DNA of 64,000 nt from a bacterium (GTDB lineage Bacteria; UBA8248). The first letter of the stretch is position 1. Every line of letters starts with the position of its first letter. Below, piece after piece: positions 9,602-19,766 of this stretch. The notes below the pieces were generated by a model. The model made no database searches. It saw only the letters and a program-made list of their open reading frames with translations, and was not told the origin of the DNA. The stretch lies in assembly GCA_965213625.1 (NCBI GenBank), contig CBDBZU010000004.1:544001-608000 (forward strand), written 5' to 3'. A program made the position numbers and the translations under genes.

Positions 9602-10660
9602 GTGAAAACGACAGGAGTAGCCGTCATCGGCGCAGGCGGCATCGGAACGCTCAGGGCGCATTCTTGCGCGCAGATCCCCCAGGTGGACTACCTCGCCGTG
9701 TGCGACATCGTGCCCGAGAAGCTCGACCGCCTCGCGGAGTCGGTGCGGGCCGACGTGGCGACGGAGAAATACGAGGTGGCGATACGGGACGAGCGCGTGG
9801 GCGCCGTCATCGTTTCCTCGGACGAGGAGTTTCATCACGGCCCGGCGGCCCTGGCGGCCGAACTCGGAAAGCCCGTGCTCATCGAAAAGCCCTTCGTCCT
9901 GGACCTGGACGAGGCGGACGACATCCTGAAGAAAGCCGATGCGTCGGGTGCGGAGATTTTCGTGGGCTACACCCAGCGCTACAGAAGGCGCTTTCTGCTC
10001 GCGAAACAGGCGGCATTCGCCGGACAGCTCGGCGACATCGTGATGGCGCTCGGCAAGATTTACGTGACGCGCGCCGTGGGCGAGGCGGTGGCGAAGCGCT
10101 CGCCCAACACCACGCCCTCCATCAACACCCTCACCTACATGGTCGACCTCATCCTCTGGTACATGGAGGGAAAAAAACCCGTCGAAGTCTACGCCCGCGC
10201 GGCGAGCTTCGTGTTCAAGAAATACAACCGCGACGATTTCCAGTGGATGATCGTCACCTTCGACGACGGGAGCGTGGCCACGCTCGGCACGAGTTGGCTC
10301 CCTCCCCACCACTGGCCTGCCTATACGGCGACGATGGAGATCGACTTACAAGGCACCAAAGGTTCGTTGAACGTGGACGACGCGCACCGCGACGTAATTC
10401 TCGCGCCCGAGGATCCGATTCCCTGCCCCTACACGCCGGAGCACCAGGTGAACGTCGCCTTCCTGGGCTCCGCCATGCCGGGAGATTTCGTGATGGGTGA
10501 GTTCTTCGGCCCCATGAAGGAAGAGACAGACGCCTTCGTGCGCCACATCCTGGGAATCGGCGGGGTGGGACTCGCCACGGGCGCACACGCGAGAGACGTA
10601 CTCGCCCTCACCATGGCGGCGGACCGCTCCTGCAAGGAGGGCCAACCCGTCTCGCTTTAG
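9602..10660 (+). CDS. Gfo/Idh/MocA family oxidoreductase
   Basis: VIGAGGIG, VLIEKP, VGYTQRY motifs; GTG start after GAGGAG. Confidence 0.9.
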   Translation: MKTTGVAVIGAGGIGTLRAHSCAQIPQVDYLAVCDIVPEKLDRLAESVRADVATEKYEVAIRDERVGAVIVSSDEEFHHGPAALAAELGKPVLIEKPFVLDLDEADDILKKADASGAEIFVGYTQRYRRRFLLAKQAAFAGQLGDIVMALGKIYVTRAVGEAVAKRSPNTTPSINTLTYMVDLILWYMEGKKPVEVYARAASFVFKKYNRDDFQWMIVTFDDGSVATLGTSWLPPHHWPAYTATMEIDLQGTKGSLNVDDAHRDVILAPEDPIPCPYTPEHQVNVAFLGSAMPGDFVMGEFFGPMKEETDAFVRHILGIGGVGLATGAHARDVLALTMAADRSCKEGQPVSL

Positions 10661-10693
10661 GGTCCGGGTGGATATGGCGCGATCGTTGCTTCA

Positions 10694-10939
10694 GGGGTTG
10701 TTGAAAAACTCCTCCTCGATCGGAATTGACAACTACCGTCTTTCCGGCGTCATTGCCGCTTCTGTTGTATGTCGGACATATATGTCCGACATACATGCGG
10801 CCCTGCCTCTTCGCCTTCACAATGCGGGTCGCATAATATGTGGCGCTCCCAAGTAGGGAGCGCCACCTACACGTGTATCTACATCTCGACCAAGGGGGTG
10901 TGGATCGGCCCGGTCCACTAGGGGTTTTTCAACAACCCC
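10694..10939. mobile_element. Non-autonomous IS-end-bounded element (MITE-like) filled with REP palindromes
   Basis: Terminal inverted repeats GGGGTTGTTGAAAAACTCC / GGGGTTTTTCAACAACCCC (18/19) resemble the IS ends at 45109/46628; perfect 30-bp palindrome at 10766-10795. Confidence 0.7.
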
Positions 10940-11040
10940 CTCATGGGTGGAGTGTTTCCTACATTTGCGTCAGTGGGGGGAAGAATTCCGACCGAGTATG
11001 ACTTTTTCAACAGCCCCTGCAGATGTAGCCCGCATTCCCG

Positions 11041-12534
11041 CTAGCGCGGCATGAGATTCCTGATCTGTGCCTCGAGCGGCTCCGTGGTGAGCCGCTGGAA
11101 ACCCAAGTGGCGGGAGAGGGAATCGCCGTCGTGGCGCTGGCCGTCGCGCCAGATTTCCATCAGGAATCCGCCGCTCTCGCGATTGGCCCACCACCTCTTA
11201 CCGAATTTCGTCTTCAACACTTCGGCCATCTGGGCCTGGAGCATCCACGCCCTCAGATAGTTCGCACAGTAAAAAAACGGGTCCACATCGTCGAGATAGG
11301 ATATTCGTGGGTATTCCACCCTCGTCGCCGAACTGAGTTTTTTCTGATAGGCAGTGTCCTTATCCTCTAGATCAGCACCCTGGTGAAGAGTGAGCTCATA
11401 ATCAATTTTCGCCGCATAGCGCCTCAGCATATAGAGTTCGAAAAGCGCATTGTGCGCCAGAAACGCCGCGTAGTCTGACGCCTCACCGCCCAGTGCGTCC
11501 ACGAGCCAGAGCGGCTCGAGCAGCAGGTGATCGAAGAGCATGGCGAACCCTTCCGTCACGGAGTTGTCCCCCAGGCGCTTCCACTCGAAAGGCGCATCCG
11601 CCGCCACGCCTGCGAAATGAAGCGCGTGACCGAGTTCGTGCCAGAATGCGCTGTAATCGTCATAGCCGCCCCGAGGCCTGATGACGAGATAGACCTCCTC
11701 CGGCACGCGAATCGAGGCGCAAAACGCGCGGGGGCTCTTGAGCGGGCGATCCTCGATGTCGAGGCGCACCCGGCCCTCCGCTGAGAGATCGAGGCCCATC
11801 GAGGAACAAACCTCTCGCGCCGAGGCTTCGATCTTCTCCGCCGGGAAAAGAGCGTCGTACGCCGTACCCCGGAAACAGTACTGCGCATCGTGGCGCTGCG
11901 CGGAAGAAGGCGGAACACCCATCCGGCTCAACGCCTCTTCCATCGCCTCGGCGTAAAGTGCGCCGGTGCATTCCAGAAAACGCTTCATCTCGTCCCTGAC
12001 CGGCTCAAGCTCATAGCGCTTCAGCGCCGCCATCATCCCCAGGTAGCCCTCGAACTCCAGGTCATCGGCCATCCCGTGGGTCGCGCGGTGAATCTGCTCC
12101 AGAAATACGTTCTTCTCCGCCAGGGCCTCACAGCGGGCGTTTTCCAGAAAAGTCCGCCTCCCGCGGTCCGACTCGTTCAGGAGCGCGACGGCGCTTTGCC
12201 GGTAGGGGATGGACTCACCCTCAGTCGTTTTCACCATGGTTCTGGTCTCGAACAAAAGCGCCTTCTCGCTCAAATCCCTGGTCTCGTTGCGTATATGGGC
12301 CAGAGTCAGGAAGCCGCGCAGTTCGGCCAATCTCAGGGACTCGGCTGCATCGTCCGCCGAGTCGGCGAGAGAAGTAAGTGTATCGATGTTTTCGCGGGTG
12401 AAGAGGTCGGCGTATTCGGAGAAAATCTCGCTCAGGCGCACATCTTCCTTGAGGCCTGCGCCGACCTCGTACCATTCCTTGCGTGATTCGCCGAGGAACG
12501 CTTCGGCGCGGGTGCGGAGGTCAGCCAGGCGCAT
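11041..12534 (-). CDS. M3-like zinc metallopeptidase (oligoendopeptidase-like)
   Basis: KSPRAFC, HELGHALH zincin motif, downstream TEGFA third-ligand Glu. Confidence 0.8.
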   Translation of the reverse strand: MRLADLRTRAEAFLGESRKEWYEVGAGLKEDVRLSEIFSEYADLFTRENIDTLTSLADSADDAAESLRLAELRGFLTLAHIRNETRDLSEKALLFETRTMVKTTEGESIPYRQSAVALLNESDRGRRTFLENARCEALAEKNVFLEQIHRATHGMADDLEFEGYLGMMAALKRYELEPVRDEMKRFLECTGALYAEAMEEALSRMGVPPSSAQRHDAQYCFRGTAYDALFPAEKIEASAREVCSSMGLDLSAEGRVRLDIEDRPLKSPRAFCASIRVPEEVYLVIRPRGGYDDYSAFWHELGHALHFAGVAADAPFEWKRLGDNSVTEGFAMLFDHLLLEPLWLVDALGGEASDYAAFLAHNALFELYMLRRYAAKIDYELTLHQGADLEDKDTAYQKKLSSATRVEYPRISYLDDVDPFFYCANYLRAWMLQAQMAEVLKTKFGKRWWANRESGGFLMEIWRDGQRHDGDSLSRHLGFQRLTTEPLEAQIRNLMPR

Positions 12535-12539
12535 GGGAA

Positions 12540-13769
12540 TTATATGACCGGCCGGGTGAATCCGCGCGGCAAGACGATGATGCCGGAAGTGTCGGAAACG
12601 GCGCCTGGGTAGGAATCGGCCTCTTCAATCACCACCGATGCGCCCGCTCCGATCTGGTTGAACCTGTCGACAATCGCTTTATCAAGCTTCGCCCCGGCTC
12701 CGATGCGAGTGTGATCCATGACGATGGAATCGACGACCTCCGCTCCCTTTTCTATGATCACGCCGCGGCCGATGACGGAGCGCTCGATGCGCGCGCCCGC
12801 AATCTGGCATCCTTCTCCGATCAAGGCGTTATCCACCCGGGTGGATACGATGCGGCTGCCCGGCCCCGGATAGGCGCTGGTGTGAATCGGCCAGTCGGGG
12901 TTGCTCAAATCGAGGCGCGGCGCTTCTCCCAGGAGATCCATCTGCGTCTCCCAGTAGCTCTTGATGGTCCCCACGTCGCGCCAGTAGCCCCTCTCCTCGG
13001 TGGACCTGACGCCCGGAATCTCGTTTTTCATGAAATCATAGGCAAAGAGTTTTTTGCGCTCGCCAAGCAATGCGGGGATGATGGTGCGTCCGAAGTCGTG
13101 TTCCCCTTCGCGAGCCGCGTCGCTGATGAGCGCATCCATCAGCACCTGGGAGGAAAACACATAGTTTCCCATGGAGCATAGCGCACGAGTGGGGTCGCCG
13201 GGCATGGGCCGGGGATGAGCGGGCTTTTCGTCGAAACTCTCCACCTGGCCCGTTTCGTTCACGGCCAGCACGCCGAATTCCCGGGCGTCTCCGATGGGCG
13301 CGGGCAGGGCCGAAATCGTCGCGTCCGCTCCGCTTTCGAGATGGAAGCGAACCATCTGGCTCACGTCCATGCGGTAGATGTGGTCCGCCCCGAACACCAG
13401 GACGATGTCGGGCGCATTGTCGGTCACCAGGTTCCTGTTCTGATGGATGGAATCGGCCGTTCCCTTGAACCAGAATTCGCCTGCGCGCTGCTGCGGCGGG
13501 ACGGCCGTTACGAAATTTTTCCCGAGCGTTCCGCTGATATTCCACGAGCGCCTCAAATGCTCGATCAGCGACTGCGCAAAGTACTGCACAAGTACATAGA
13601 TTGACTGATATCCCGAGTTCACCAGATTGCTCAGCACGAAGTCGATAATGCGGTATTTCGAGCCGAACGGCACGGCCGGCTTGCCGCGCGCGACCGTCAG
13701 GGGGCGAAGCCTGTTTCCGGCGCCGCCCGCCATGACGAAGGAGATGACTCTGGGATCACGCGAATCCAA
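12540..13769 (-). CDS. glgC: Glucose-1-phosphate adenylyltransferase
   Basis: AGGAGNRLRPLT, KPAVPFG, GTAD, ADHIY, HDFG, YWRDVGT; TTG start after AGGAG. Confidence 0.95.
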   Translation of the reverse strand: MDSRDPRVISFVMAGGAGNRLRPLTVARGKPAVPFGSKYRIIDFVLSNLVNSGYQSIYVLVQYFAQSLIEHLRRSWNISGTLGKNFVTAVPPQQRAGEFWFKGTADSIHQNRNLVTDNAPDIVLVFGADHIYRMDVSQMVRFHLESGADATISALPAPIGDAREFGVLAVNETGQVESFDEKPAHPRPMPGDPTRALCSMGNYVFSSQVLMDALISDAAREGEHDFGRTIIPALLGERKKLFAYDFMKNEIPGVRSTEERGYWRDVGTIKSYWETQMDLLGEAPRLDLSNPDWPIHTSAYPGPGSRIVSTRVDNALIGEGCQIAGARIERSVIGRGVIIEKGAEVVDSIVMDHTRIGAGAKLDKAIVDRFNQIGAGASVVIEEADSYPGAVSDTSGIIVLPRGFTRPVI

Positions 13770-13801
13770 CCTTTGGCTCCTTTTTTCGATTCGTCTCAAC
13801 G

Positions 13802-15277
13802 CTACTGCGGGCGCATCGCCTTTTCGTACAAATCGACATAGCGTGGCGCGACGCCGTTCCAACCGGAATCCTTCTCCATCGCGTTGCGCATCATCATACG
13901 CCAAAGCCCCTGATCCAAAAACACCCGGCATATTCCCTGAATCCCGGCGAGAAAATCGGCCGAATCGAACGCATCGAAGTGAAAGCCTGTATCCGCTTGC
14001 GGATCGGGTATCGCAGTTGAGGCAACGGAATCCGCGAGTCCGCCGACCCGACGCACGTAAGGCAGCGCGCCATAGCGCATGGCGTACAGCTGGTTCAGGC
14101 CCGAAGGCTCATAGCGCGAGGGCATGAGCAGGACGTCGCCGCCTGCGTACAAGCGGTGGGAGAGCGCCTCGTCGTAGGCGGGCGCGAACGCCATCCGGCC
14201 CCGGTGGGCTGCAGCGGCCATTGCCAGGGCTTCTTCCAACTCTTCCTCGCCGGTTCCGAGGATAGCCAGGCTGGCGCCTGAATCCATCAGCTCATCCATC
14301 GTTTCGAGAATCAGGTCGATTCCCTTCTGATGCGCCAGCCGCGAGACAACGACGCACAAAGGCCCCTCCGCGTCCGGGTCCAGTCCCAACTCCGCCTGAA
14401 GCGCGGCCTTGCACTTCGCCTTACCCTCCAGGTGCGCACTCGAAAACGGAGCCGGAATGTGGGGATCGCTTTCGGGGTTCCAGACCGCATCGTCGATGCC
14501 GTTCATGATGCCGAACAGAGAGTCTTTTCTGAGAACGACCGCTCCTTCGAGCCCCTCTCCCTGTTCTTCCGTCAGCATCTCCTGCGCGTACCGCTCGCTC
14601 ACGGTGGAGAAAACGTCGCTGAACAGGATGCCGCCCTTCATGAAGTTCACGTCGCCGTAAAACTCCAGTCCATCCAGACCCATCGCCTCATCGGGCAGGC
14701 AGGTGTGCGCGAAATCGTCCGAGTGGAAGCGGCCCTGATACGCCAGGTTATGGATGGTAAAAACGATGGAGACACCGCGCCATTTCTCATGGTCAGCCAG
14801 ACGGCATTTCAACAGGGGTGGTATCAAGGCGCTTTGCCAGTCATGGCAATGGATGACGGACGGATACGCTCTTTCGCACTCCATGTGGGAGAGCGCGCCC
14901 CTTACGAAACGGGCGAAACGCTCCGCGTTGTCGGGAAACACCCCGCGCGCGTCCCCGTAGAATCCGTCTCTATCGAACAAATCATCCGCTGCGATGAGTC
15001 GAACCGAAACGCCCTCGTGTTCGAGCGAGAACACATCGTAGTGAGCATCCGAGAAAACATCCGCGACTTTCGCGGGGGGGCCGGGCTCATATTCCCGGAG
15101 AATGGAGCGATACGCCGGCAGGTAGACGGAGACCTTGTGGCCCATTCGCCCCAGGGCCAAAGGCAGCGCGCCGATGACATCGCCCAGCCCGCCCGATTTG
15201 GCGAAGGGGAACATCTCGCTCGCCACCATGGTGATTTCGATTGGTTTGTCCGTCATTCCGCCTGCCCCTATGTTCAT
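13802..15277 (-). CDS. glgA: Glycogen synthase
   Basis: KSGGLGDV, HCHDWQ, TIHNLAYQG, PSRYEPSGLNQ, GGLADS. Confidence 0.95.
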   Translation of the reverse strand: MNIGAGGMTDKPIEITMVASEMFPFAKSGGLGDVIGALPLALGRMGHKVSVYLPAYRSILREYEPGPPAKVADVFSDAHYDVFSLEHEGVSVRLIAADDLFDRDGFYGDARGVFPDNAERFARFVRGALSHMECERAYPSVIHCHDWQSALIPPLLKCRLADHEKWRGVSIVFTIHNLAYQGRFHSDDFAHTCLPDEAMGLDGLEFYGDVNFMKGGILFSDVFSTVSERYAQEMLTEEQGEGLEGAVVLRKDSLFGIMNGIDDAVWNPESDPHIPAPFSSAHLEGKAKCKAALQAELGLDPDAEGPLCVVVSRLAHQKGIDLILETMDELMDSGASLAILGTGEEELEEALAMAAAAHRGRMAFAPAYDEALSHRLYAGGDVLLMPSRYEPSGLNQLYAMRYGALPYVRRVGGLADSVASTAIPDPQADTGFHFDAFDSADFLAGIQGICRVFLDQGLWRMMMRNAMEKDSGWNGVAPRYVDLYEKAMRPQ

Positions 15278-15397
15278 CCGTTCCTCGCTTTGGCGTTGTA
15301 CGCCGTCGATACTCGATGCCTTCGCCAATCTATACATGAATCATAACGCCTATGTTACAATCGAATGAATGGTTGATGAAAAAGGCGTGGAGGTTCC

Positions 15398-15805
15398 ATG
15401 CGATATCTGGTGCGCGGAAAAGTCATCAAGGGCAAAAGCGCCGCTCTTCTCGAAGCCATCGAATCGGGCGAACTCGGGCGCGGCTCCATCGCGCACAGAA
15501 CTTTCTTGAAATGCATGAAAGAGGCGCGGCTTACCGAGCGGGGCCAGGTTCGCTGGCTCGAGGTCTGCTACTGCCGCGAGGCGTTCGGGCCGGGCTATGA
15601 GCTGTGTGAGGAACTGCCTTACTGGGAGGCGTACTTCGAGGAAATCGACGTGCGCTTCGCCCGGAAACCGGAGGATTGCGAGGGCTATCCGGTCTGCGGC
15701 GATTGCGACTGCACGGATAAGCTCGAGGCGAAACTCGAAAAACTGGGCATCCCTTTTTTCAAGCACTTGAAAGAAACCGCTTCTCCCGCTCCATCCTCAA
15801 CTTGA
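15398..15805 (+). CDS. Cys-rich hypothetical protein
   Basis: 135 aa, GGAGG RBS; CYC and DCEGYPVCGDCDC clusters. Confidence 0.7.
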   Translation: MRYLVRGKVIKGKSAALLEAIESGELGRGSIAHRTFLKCMKEARLTERGQVRWLEVCYCREAFGPGYELCEELPYWEAYFEEIDVRFARKPEDCEGYPVCGDCDCTDKLEAKLEKLGIPFFKHLKETASPAPSST

Positions 15806-16783
15806 ATCGACCCACCGCGCGGGTCCCACTTTTTTCGTGAGTTTCCACCTGTCGTGAATCCATAGATATTGCTCCGGCCTCTTTCGAATGAAATTTTCCG
15901 TCTCCACATTCACAGTTTTCGTGAGCCTTTCGATTTCTTTCTTTGCGCTCCCGGCGTTCATGTCGGGCGTTATCGGCTCACTCAGCATTATTTCGTAACG
16001 TCGGTCATCGCCTTTTCTCAGGCAGGAGATCAGGACGAGGGGCCGGTTGTACAAAACTGCGAGCGCGGCGGGGGCGGGCGTCGTCCTGGCGGGCTTACCG
16101 AAGAACGGCGCGTCGATTCCATCGCCGCCCGCATTCTGATCCGCGAGAATCGCCACCGAGCGGCCCTTGCGTAGCGCCTCGCGCAGATGGAAGAAAGCAT
16201 TTTTCTTCGAGAGTATCTCCTGGCCAGAGGATGCGCGCATTTCATACAGCGAGGCTTCGAGCTTTCGGTTATCCAGGGGACGTACAGGGACGGTAAGCGG
16301 AATACCCGCCAGCGCGCCGGCGTGAGCGAGGAATTCCCAGTTCCCCAGATGCGGCACGACGAACACGCAGCCGCCCGCTTCCTCGTGAATCGCGCGAACC
16401 TTATCTATCGTCACCTCTGCACTTTCCACGATATCGCGCACCGTCTTCTCTGCGCGCCGCAAATCGAAGTGGGTGAGAAACTTCGCTCCCTCCAGACAGG
16501 TGAGTATGAACGAACGGCAACTGCGCCTCGCCAAAACCAGGCGCTGCGCCTCGTCGAGTTCGGGGAACGCGATGCGCAGGTTGGCGCGCGCGATGCGCCT
16601 TCTCCTCGGAGCAAACCTGAAAATCGCCTCCCCGACAATGATGGAGAACGCACGGCAAACCCCGTAGGGCAGCATGCGAATCAGCCTCAAAACCGAGGTG
16701 ATCAGGGCGTATTCCACCCATTGGTGAAACGCGCCCTTGTCTTTGCTGCGCTTTCTCCTGGTGGACCCTGCGGGTTTGCTCAC
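15797..16783 (-). CDS. LpxL/HtrB-family lipid acyltransferase
   Basis: HLGNWE, ADQ, FFGKPA, PEQYLWIHDRWK; GTG start overlaps stop of the upstream ketosynthase. Confidence 0.9.
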   Translation of the reverse strand: MSKPAGSTRRKRSKDKGAFHQWVEYALITSVLRLIRMLPYGVCRAFSIIVGEAIFRFAPRRRRIARANLRIAFPELDEAQRLVLARRSCRSFILTCLEGAKFLTHFDLRRAEKTVRDIVESAEVTIDKVRAIHEEAGGCVFVVPHLGNWEFLAHAGALAGIPLTVPVRPLDNRKLEASLYEMRASSGQEILSKKNAFFHLREALRKGRSVAILADQNAGGDGIDAPFFGKPARTTPAPAALAVLYNRPLVLISCLRKGDDRRYEIMLSEPITPDMNAGSAKKEIERLTKTVNVETENFIRKRPEQYLWIHDRWKLTKKVGPARWVDSS

Positions 16784-18078
16784 GGCGCGGCGACGATGGT
16801 CGCGGAGGATTGCCCGCCGATGCCGTGGCTCAGGGACAAGAACGCGGCCCCCGCGACGGCGCATTCTTCGGTAGGGATGTGGAGGGCCTCGAACACATCT
16901 TCTTTCATCGAGAATCCCGGCGTGGGCGGAAGACGGCCGTCTTTCAAGGCGCTAAGACCCAGCACGATCTCTACCAAATCGCTGGCCGAGCCCATGTGTC
17001 CCGTATAGGGTTTCCAGCCGGCAAGTGGAGCCAGTTCCTTCACCTGATCGCTGAATTCCTGCAAGGCGGACAGTTCGCCCGCGTCTCCCTGAGGCGTCGC
17101 GCTTCCGTGGGGAAGGATAAAGGCCAGATCATCAGGCGCTAATTCCGCCTCGGCCACCGCCGTTTCCACCGAATGGCGCACCGCTTCACCGGGAACGGGG
17201 ATATAGCGTTCGGAAGAAAATTCCTGGCAATTCGCCGTTCCCATCACACGGCCCAGTGGCTTGGCGCCCCGCGCACGGGCGGACCCGGCGCTTTCCAGCA
17301 CCAGGGCGGCGGCGCCTTCTCCGGGGAAGAATCCATCGCGCCTCCTGTCGAAGGGCCGGAACGAGGATGCGCCCTCTTTCGCCTGGGATAGAATGCCCAG
17401 GCCGTCTAGTTCCAGGAGCACCATGGGGTTCGCCCAGCTCCCGCAGCCCACGACCAGGCCGACGTCGGCTTCGCCGAAGCGAAGCACGCGATCGCAGTTC
17501 TCGAGCGCCTGCGCACCGCACGAAGAAAGGCTGGAAAAACTGCCGTTCGGCCCCATGAATTCGTACATGGCCGATAGATAGCTGAAGAGATTGTTGGGCA
17601 GGCCTTCGAGCAGAAAAAAAGGGCTCACCCTGTGGAGCGCCGCCTCGTTGAGGGAGGCGGGCTCGGGCGACTCCCACGCATCGCCTGCCGTCTGCTTGAG
17701 CGCCGCGTAGAAATCAACATAACCCACCCTCGTGAAATCGCCCGAACCCACATAGAGGGATTTTCTCTCAGGCGACACCTCGCCCATATCGAGGCCGGCG
17801 CAGGCCACCGCCTCGGCGGCGGCGTGAAGTCCCAGGATGGAACTTCTGTTCAGGAATTTTCGCTGGCTCGCGAGTTTGGGCGGCACCTCGGGCGGGTCTT
17901 CATAGCCGGGAACAACGCCGTGGTAGGCGAAATTATCCGGAAGAGACGCATTCTCCTCGCTCGGGTGGTGGTCGACCCCGCATTTTCCGGCGCGAAGCGA
18001 CTCCCAGTTCTCCCCGGCGCTCCCGCCTATGGAGGTCAGCAGTCCCACACCCGTTATCCATACATCCACGCCCCGCAT
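16780..18078 (-). CDS. Beta-ketoacyl-ACP synthase-like protein (atypical active site)
   Basis: ITGVG, RPFDRRRDGFFPGEGA, HGSAT, GHMGSA; Ser at the canonical Cys position (SLSSCG). Confidence 0.85.
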   Translation of the reverse strand: MRGVDVWITGVGLLTSIGGSAGENWESLRAGKCGVDHHPSEENASLPDNFAYHGVVPGYEDPPEVPPKLASQRKFLNRSSILGLHAAAEAVACAGLDMGEVSPERKSLYVGSGDFTRVGYVDFYAALKQTAGDAWESPEPASLNEAALHRVSPFFLLEGLPNNLFSYLSAMYEFMGPNGSFSSLSSCGAQALENCDRVLRFGEADVGLVVGCGSWANPMVLLELDGLGILSQAKEGASSFRPFDRRRDGFFPGEGAAALVLESAGSARARGAKPLGRVMGTANCQEFSSERYIPVPGEAVRHSVETAVAEAELAPDDLAFILPHGSATPQGDAGELSALQEFSDQVKELAPLAGWKPYTGHMGSASDLVEIVLGLSALKDGRLPPTPGFSMKEDVFEALHIPTEECAVAGAAFLSLSHGIGGQSSATIVAAP

Positions 18079-18090
18079 CGCTCATCCCGC

Positions 18091-18543
18091 CTAGCTCAAT
18101 CGAATCTCGCGTCTTAAAACGCGAAAATGATGACGCTGCTCCTCGGGATCCTCATAATCCGCGAGCGGCGCCACCTTCCCACCAAAATCGGCGACCACCC
18201 GTCGCTCCCCCTCCACGGTGGCCACTCCCCTGAAAATTCCAAGTCCTTCTTCCTCTCCGCGCGACTCCACGCTTAAGAGAACCTGATCCCCCGGAAAGGC
18301 GAAGCCATAGTACCTGACACTTCGAACCTTTTCCAAAAGAATCCACCGGTTGAAATCAGAACCCGCCGCTTCCAGCCAACCGGCGAGCTGCACCAGCGCC
18401 TCGAATATCAGCGCGCCCGGCATAACGGGGAACCGGGGGAAGTGATACTCCAGAAAATCCTCGCTCATCGTAATGTTCTTCACCCCCTGGATGGAGACCC
18501 CCGCCTCCCACGCCGTCACCCTGTCCACAAGCATGTATCTCAA
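18091..18543 (-). CDS. FabZ-like 3-hydroxyacyl-ACP dehydratase
   Basis: LVDRV, HFPRFPVMPGALIFEALVQ, PGDQ. Confidence 0.9.
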   Translation of the reverse strand: MRYMLVDRVTAWEAGVSIQGVKNITMSEDFLEYHFPRFPVMPGALIFEALVQLAGWLEAAGSDFNRWILLEKVRSVRYYGFAFPGDQVLLSVESRGEEEGLGIFRGVATVEGERRVVADFGGKVAPLADYEDPEEQRHHFRVLRREIRLS

Positions 18544-18554
18544 ATCACCACTCC

Positions 18555-18971
18555 CTAATTTGCCTCTTCCGGCGCGTCGTCTCCCAGGAGAATCACCTGG
18601 GCCACCGCCAACTCCAGCGTATGGCTCATCGAAATGGTGAACTGGGTGATCTTCTTTCGCACACTCATGCGCTCCATCGAACCGTTCAGTTTAAGCGTGG
18701 GCTTGCCCGAAGCCGCCGATTCCACCTCGATCTCGCGCAGACGGCGCCTGCCGCCCAACCCGCCTGGTTCGGAAATACCGAGGCCGAAGGCCTTGAGACA
18801 GGCTTCTTTCGCCGCGAAGCGGGCCGCGAAATGAGGATAGGGGTTGCGGCGCTTCAGGCAATACGCCCGCTCGGCATCGGTGAACACGTCCTCGCCGAAC
18901 GCCTCGTGGCGCTCGTAGACCTCCTTCAGGCGCGCCACCTCCACCAAATCCACCCCCTGGTACAACTGCAT
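18555..18971 (-). CDS. acpS: Holo-ACP synthase (4'-phosphopantetheinyl transferase)
   Basis: GVDLVE, FAARFAAKEACLKA, GKP, ISMSH. Confidence 0.92.
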   Translation of the reverse strand: MQLYQGVDLVEVARLKEVYERHEAFGEDVFTDAERAYCLKRRNPYPHFAARFAAKEACLKAFGLGISEPGGLGGRRRLREIEVESAASGKPTLKLNGSMERMSVRKKITQFTISMSHTLELAVAQVILLGDDAPEEAN

Positions 18972-18988
18972 CCCGAATATCCCCCGCT

Positions 18989-19741
18989 CTAGCCGGTGAG
19001 CAGGCCGCCGTCCACGGCTATCGCCTGTCCGTTGATGTAATCCGATTCCGCAGACGCCAGGAACACTACGAGCTTGGCCACGTCCTCGGGCTCGCCGAAG
19101 CGGCCCGCCGGTATGCGCCCCATAATCACGTCGCCGCCCTTCTCGCGCACGCGCTCGCTCATATCGGTAACGATCATGCCCGGCAAAATGGTGTTGAACT
19201 GGATGCCGCGTTTACCCATCTCGGCGGCGCAGGCGCGCATGAAGGCGATGATGCCCGCCTTGGCGGAGGCGTAGTTCGTCTGACCGGCCCCGCCAGAGAC
19301 CCCCATGACGGAGGAAATGCTGATCACCTTGCCGGAGCGCTTTCTGAGCATGATCTCGCCTGCCGCCTTCGTGCAGTGGTAGGCGCCGTCCAGGCTCACG
19401 CCGAGCACCTTGCGCCAGCCCGCGGGCTTCATCGTGAGCAGCAAGCCGTCCTGAATCACGCCCGCGTTGTTCACCAGGATGTCGAGCGTGCCGAAATCCT
19501 CCTTCACTTTCTCGAACATCGTCGTTACGTCCTCGAAAGAGGAAACGTCGGCCTGGTAGGTGCGCGCCTGGCCCCCAGCCACCTCGATTTCCTGCTTCAC
19601 TTCCTCGGCGGCCTCCGCCGAGCGGCTGAAGTTGATCGCCACCGAAGCGCCCGCCTCGGCCAGAGCCGTGCAGCAGGCGCGTCCGATGCCCCGACCGCCC
19701 CCGGTCACCAGCGCAATTTTTCCGCTCAAATCGATATTCAT
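18989..19741 (-). CDS. fabG: 3-oxoacyl-ACP reductase
   Basis: TGGGRGIG, NNAG, GQTNYASAKAG (YxxxK), PGMIVTDM. Confidence 0.9.
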   Translation of the reverse strand: MNIDLSGKIALVTGGGRGIGRACCTALAEAGASVAINFSRSAEAAEEVKQEIEVAGGQARTYQADVSSFEDVTTMFEKVKEDFGTLDILVNNAGVIQDGLLLTMKPAGWRKVLGVSLDGAYHCTKAAGEIMLRKRSGKVISISSVMGVSGGAGQTNYASAKAGIIAFMRACAAEMGKRGIQFNTILPGMIVTDMSERVREKGGDVIMGRIPAGRFGEPEDVAKLVVFLASAESDYINGQAIAVDGGLLTG

Positions 19742-19766
19742 TCTGAATCACCTTTCTTCTGGGTTG

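Noticed and set aside
10861-10920. Short coding-like fragment ATYTCIYISTKGVWIGPVH* inside the mini-element
   Set aside because: Too short to assign and has no matching parent gene in the window
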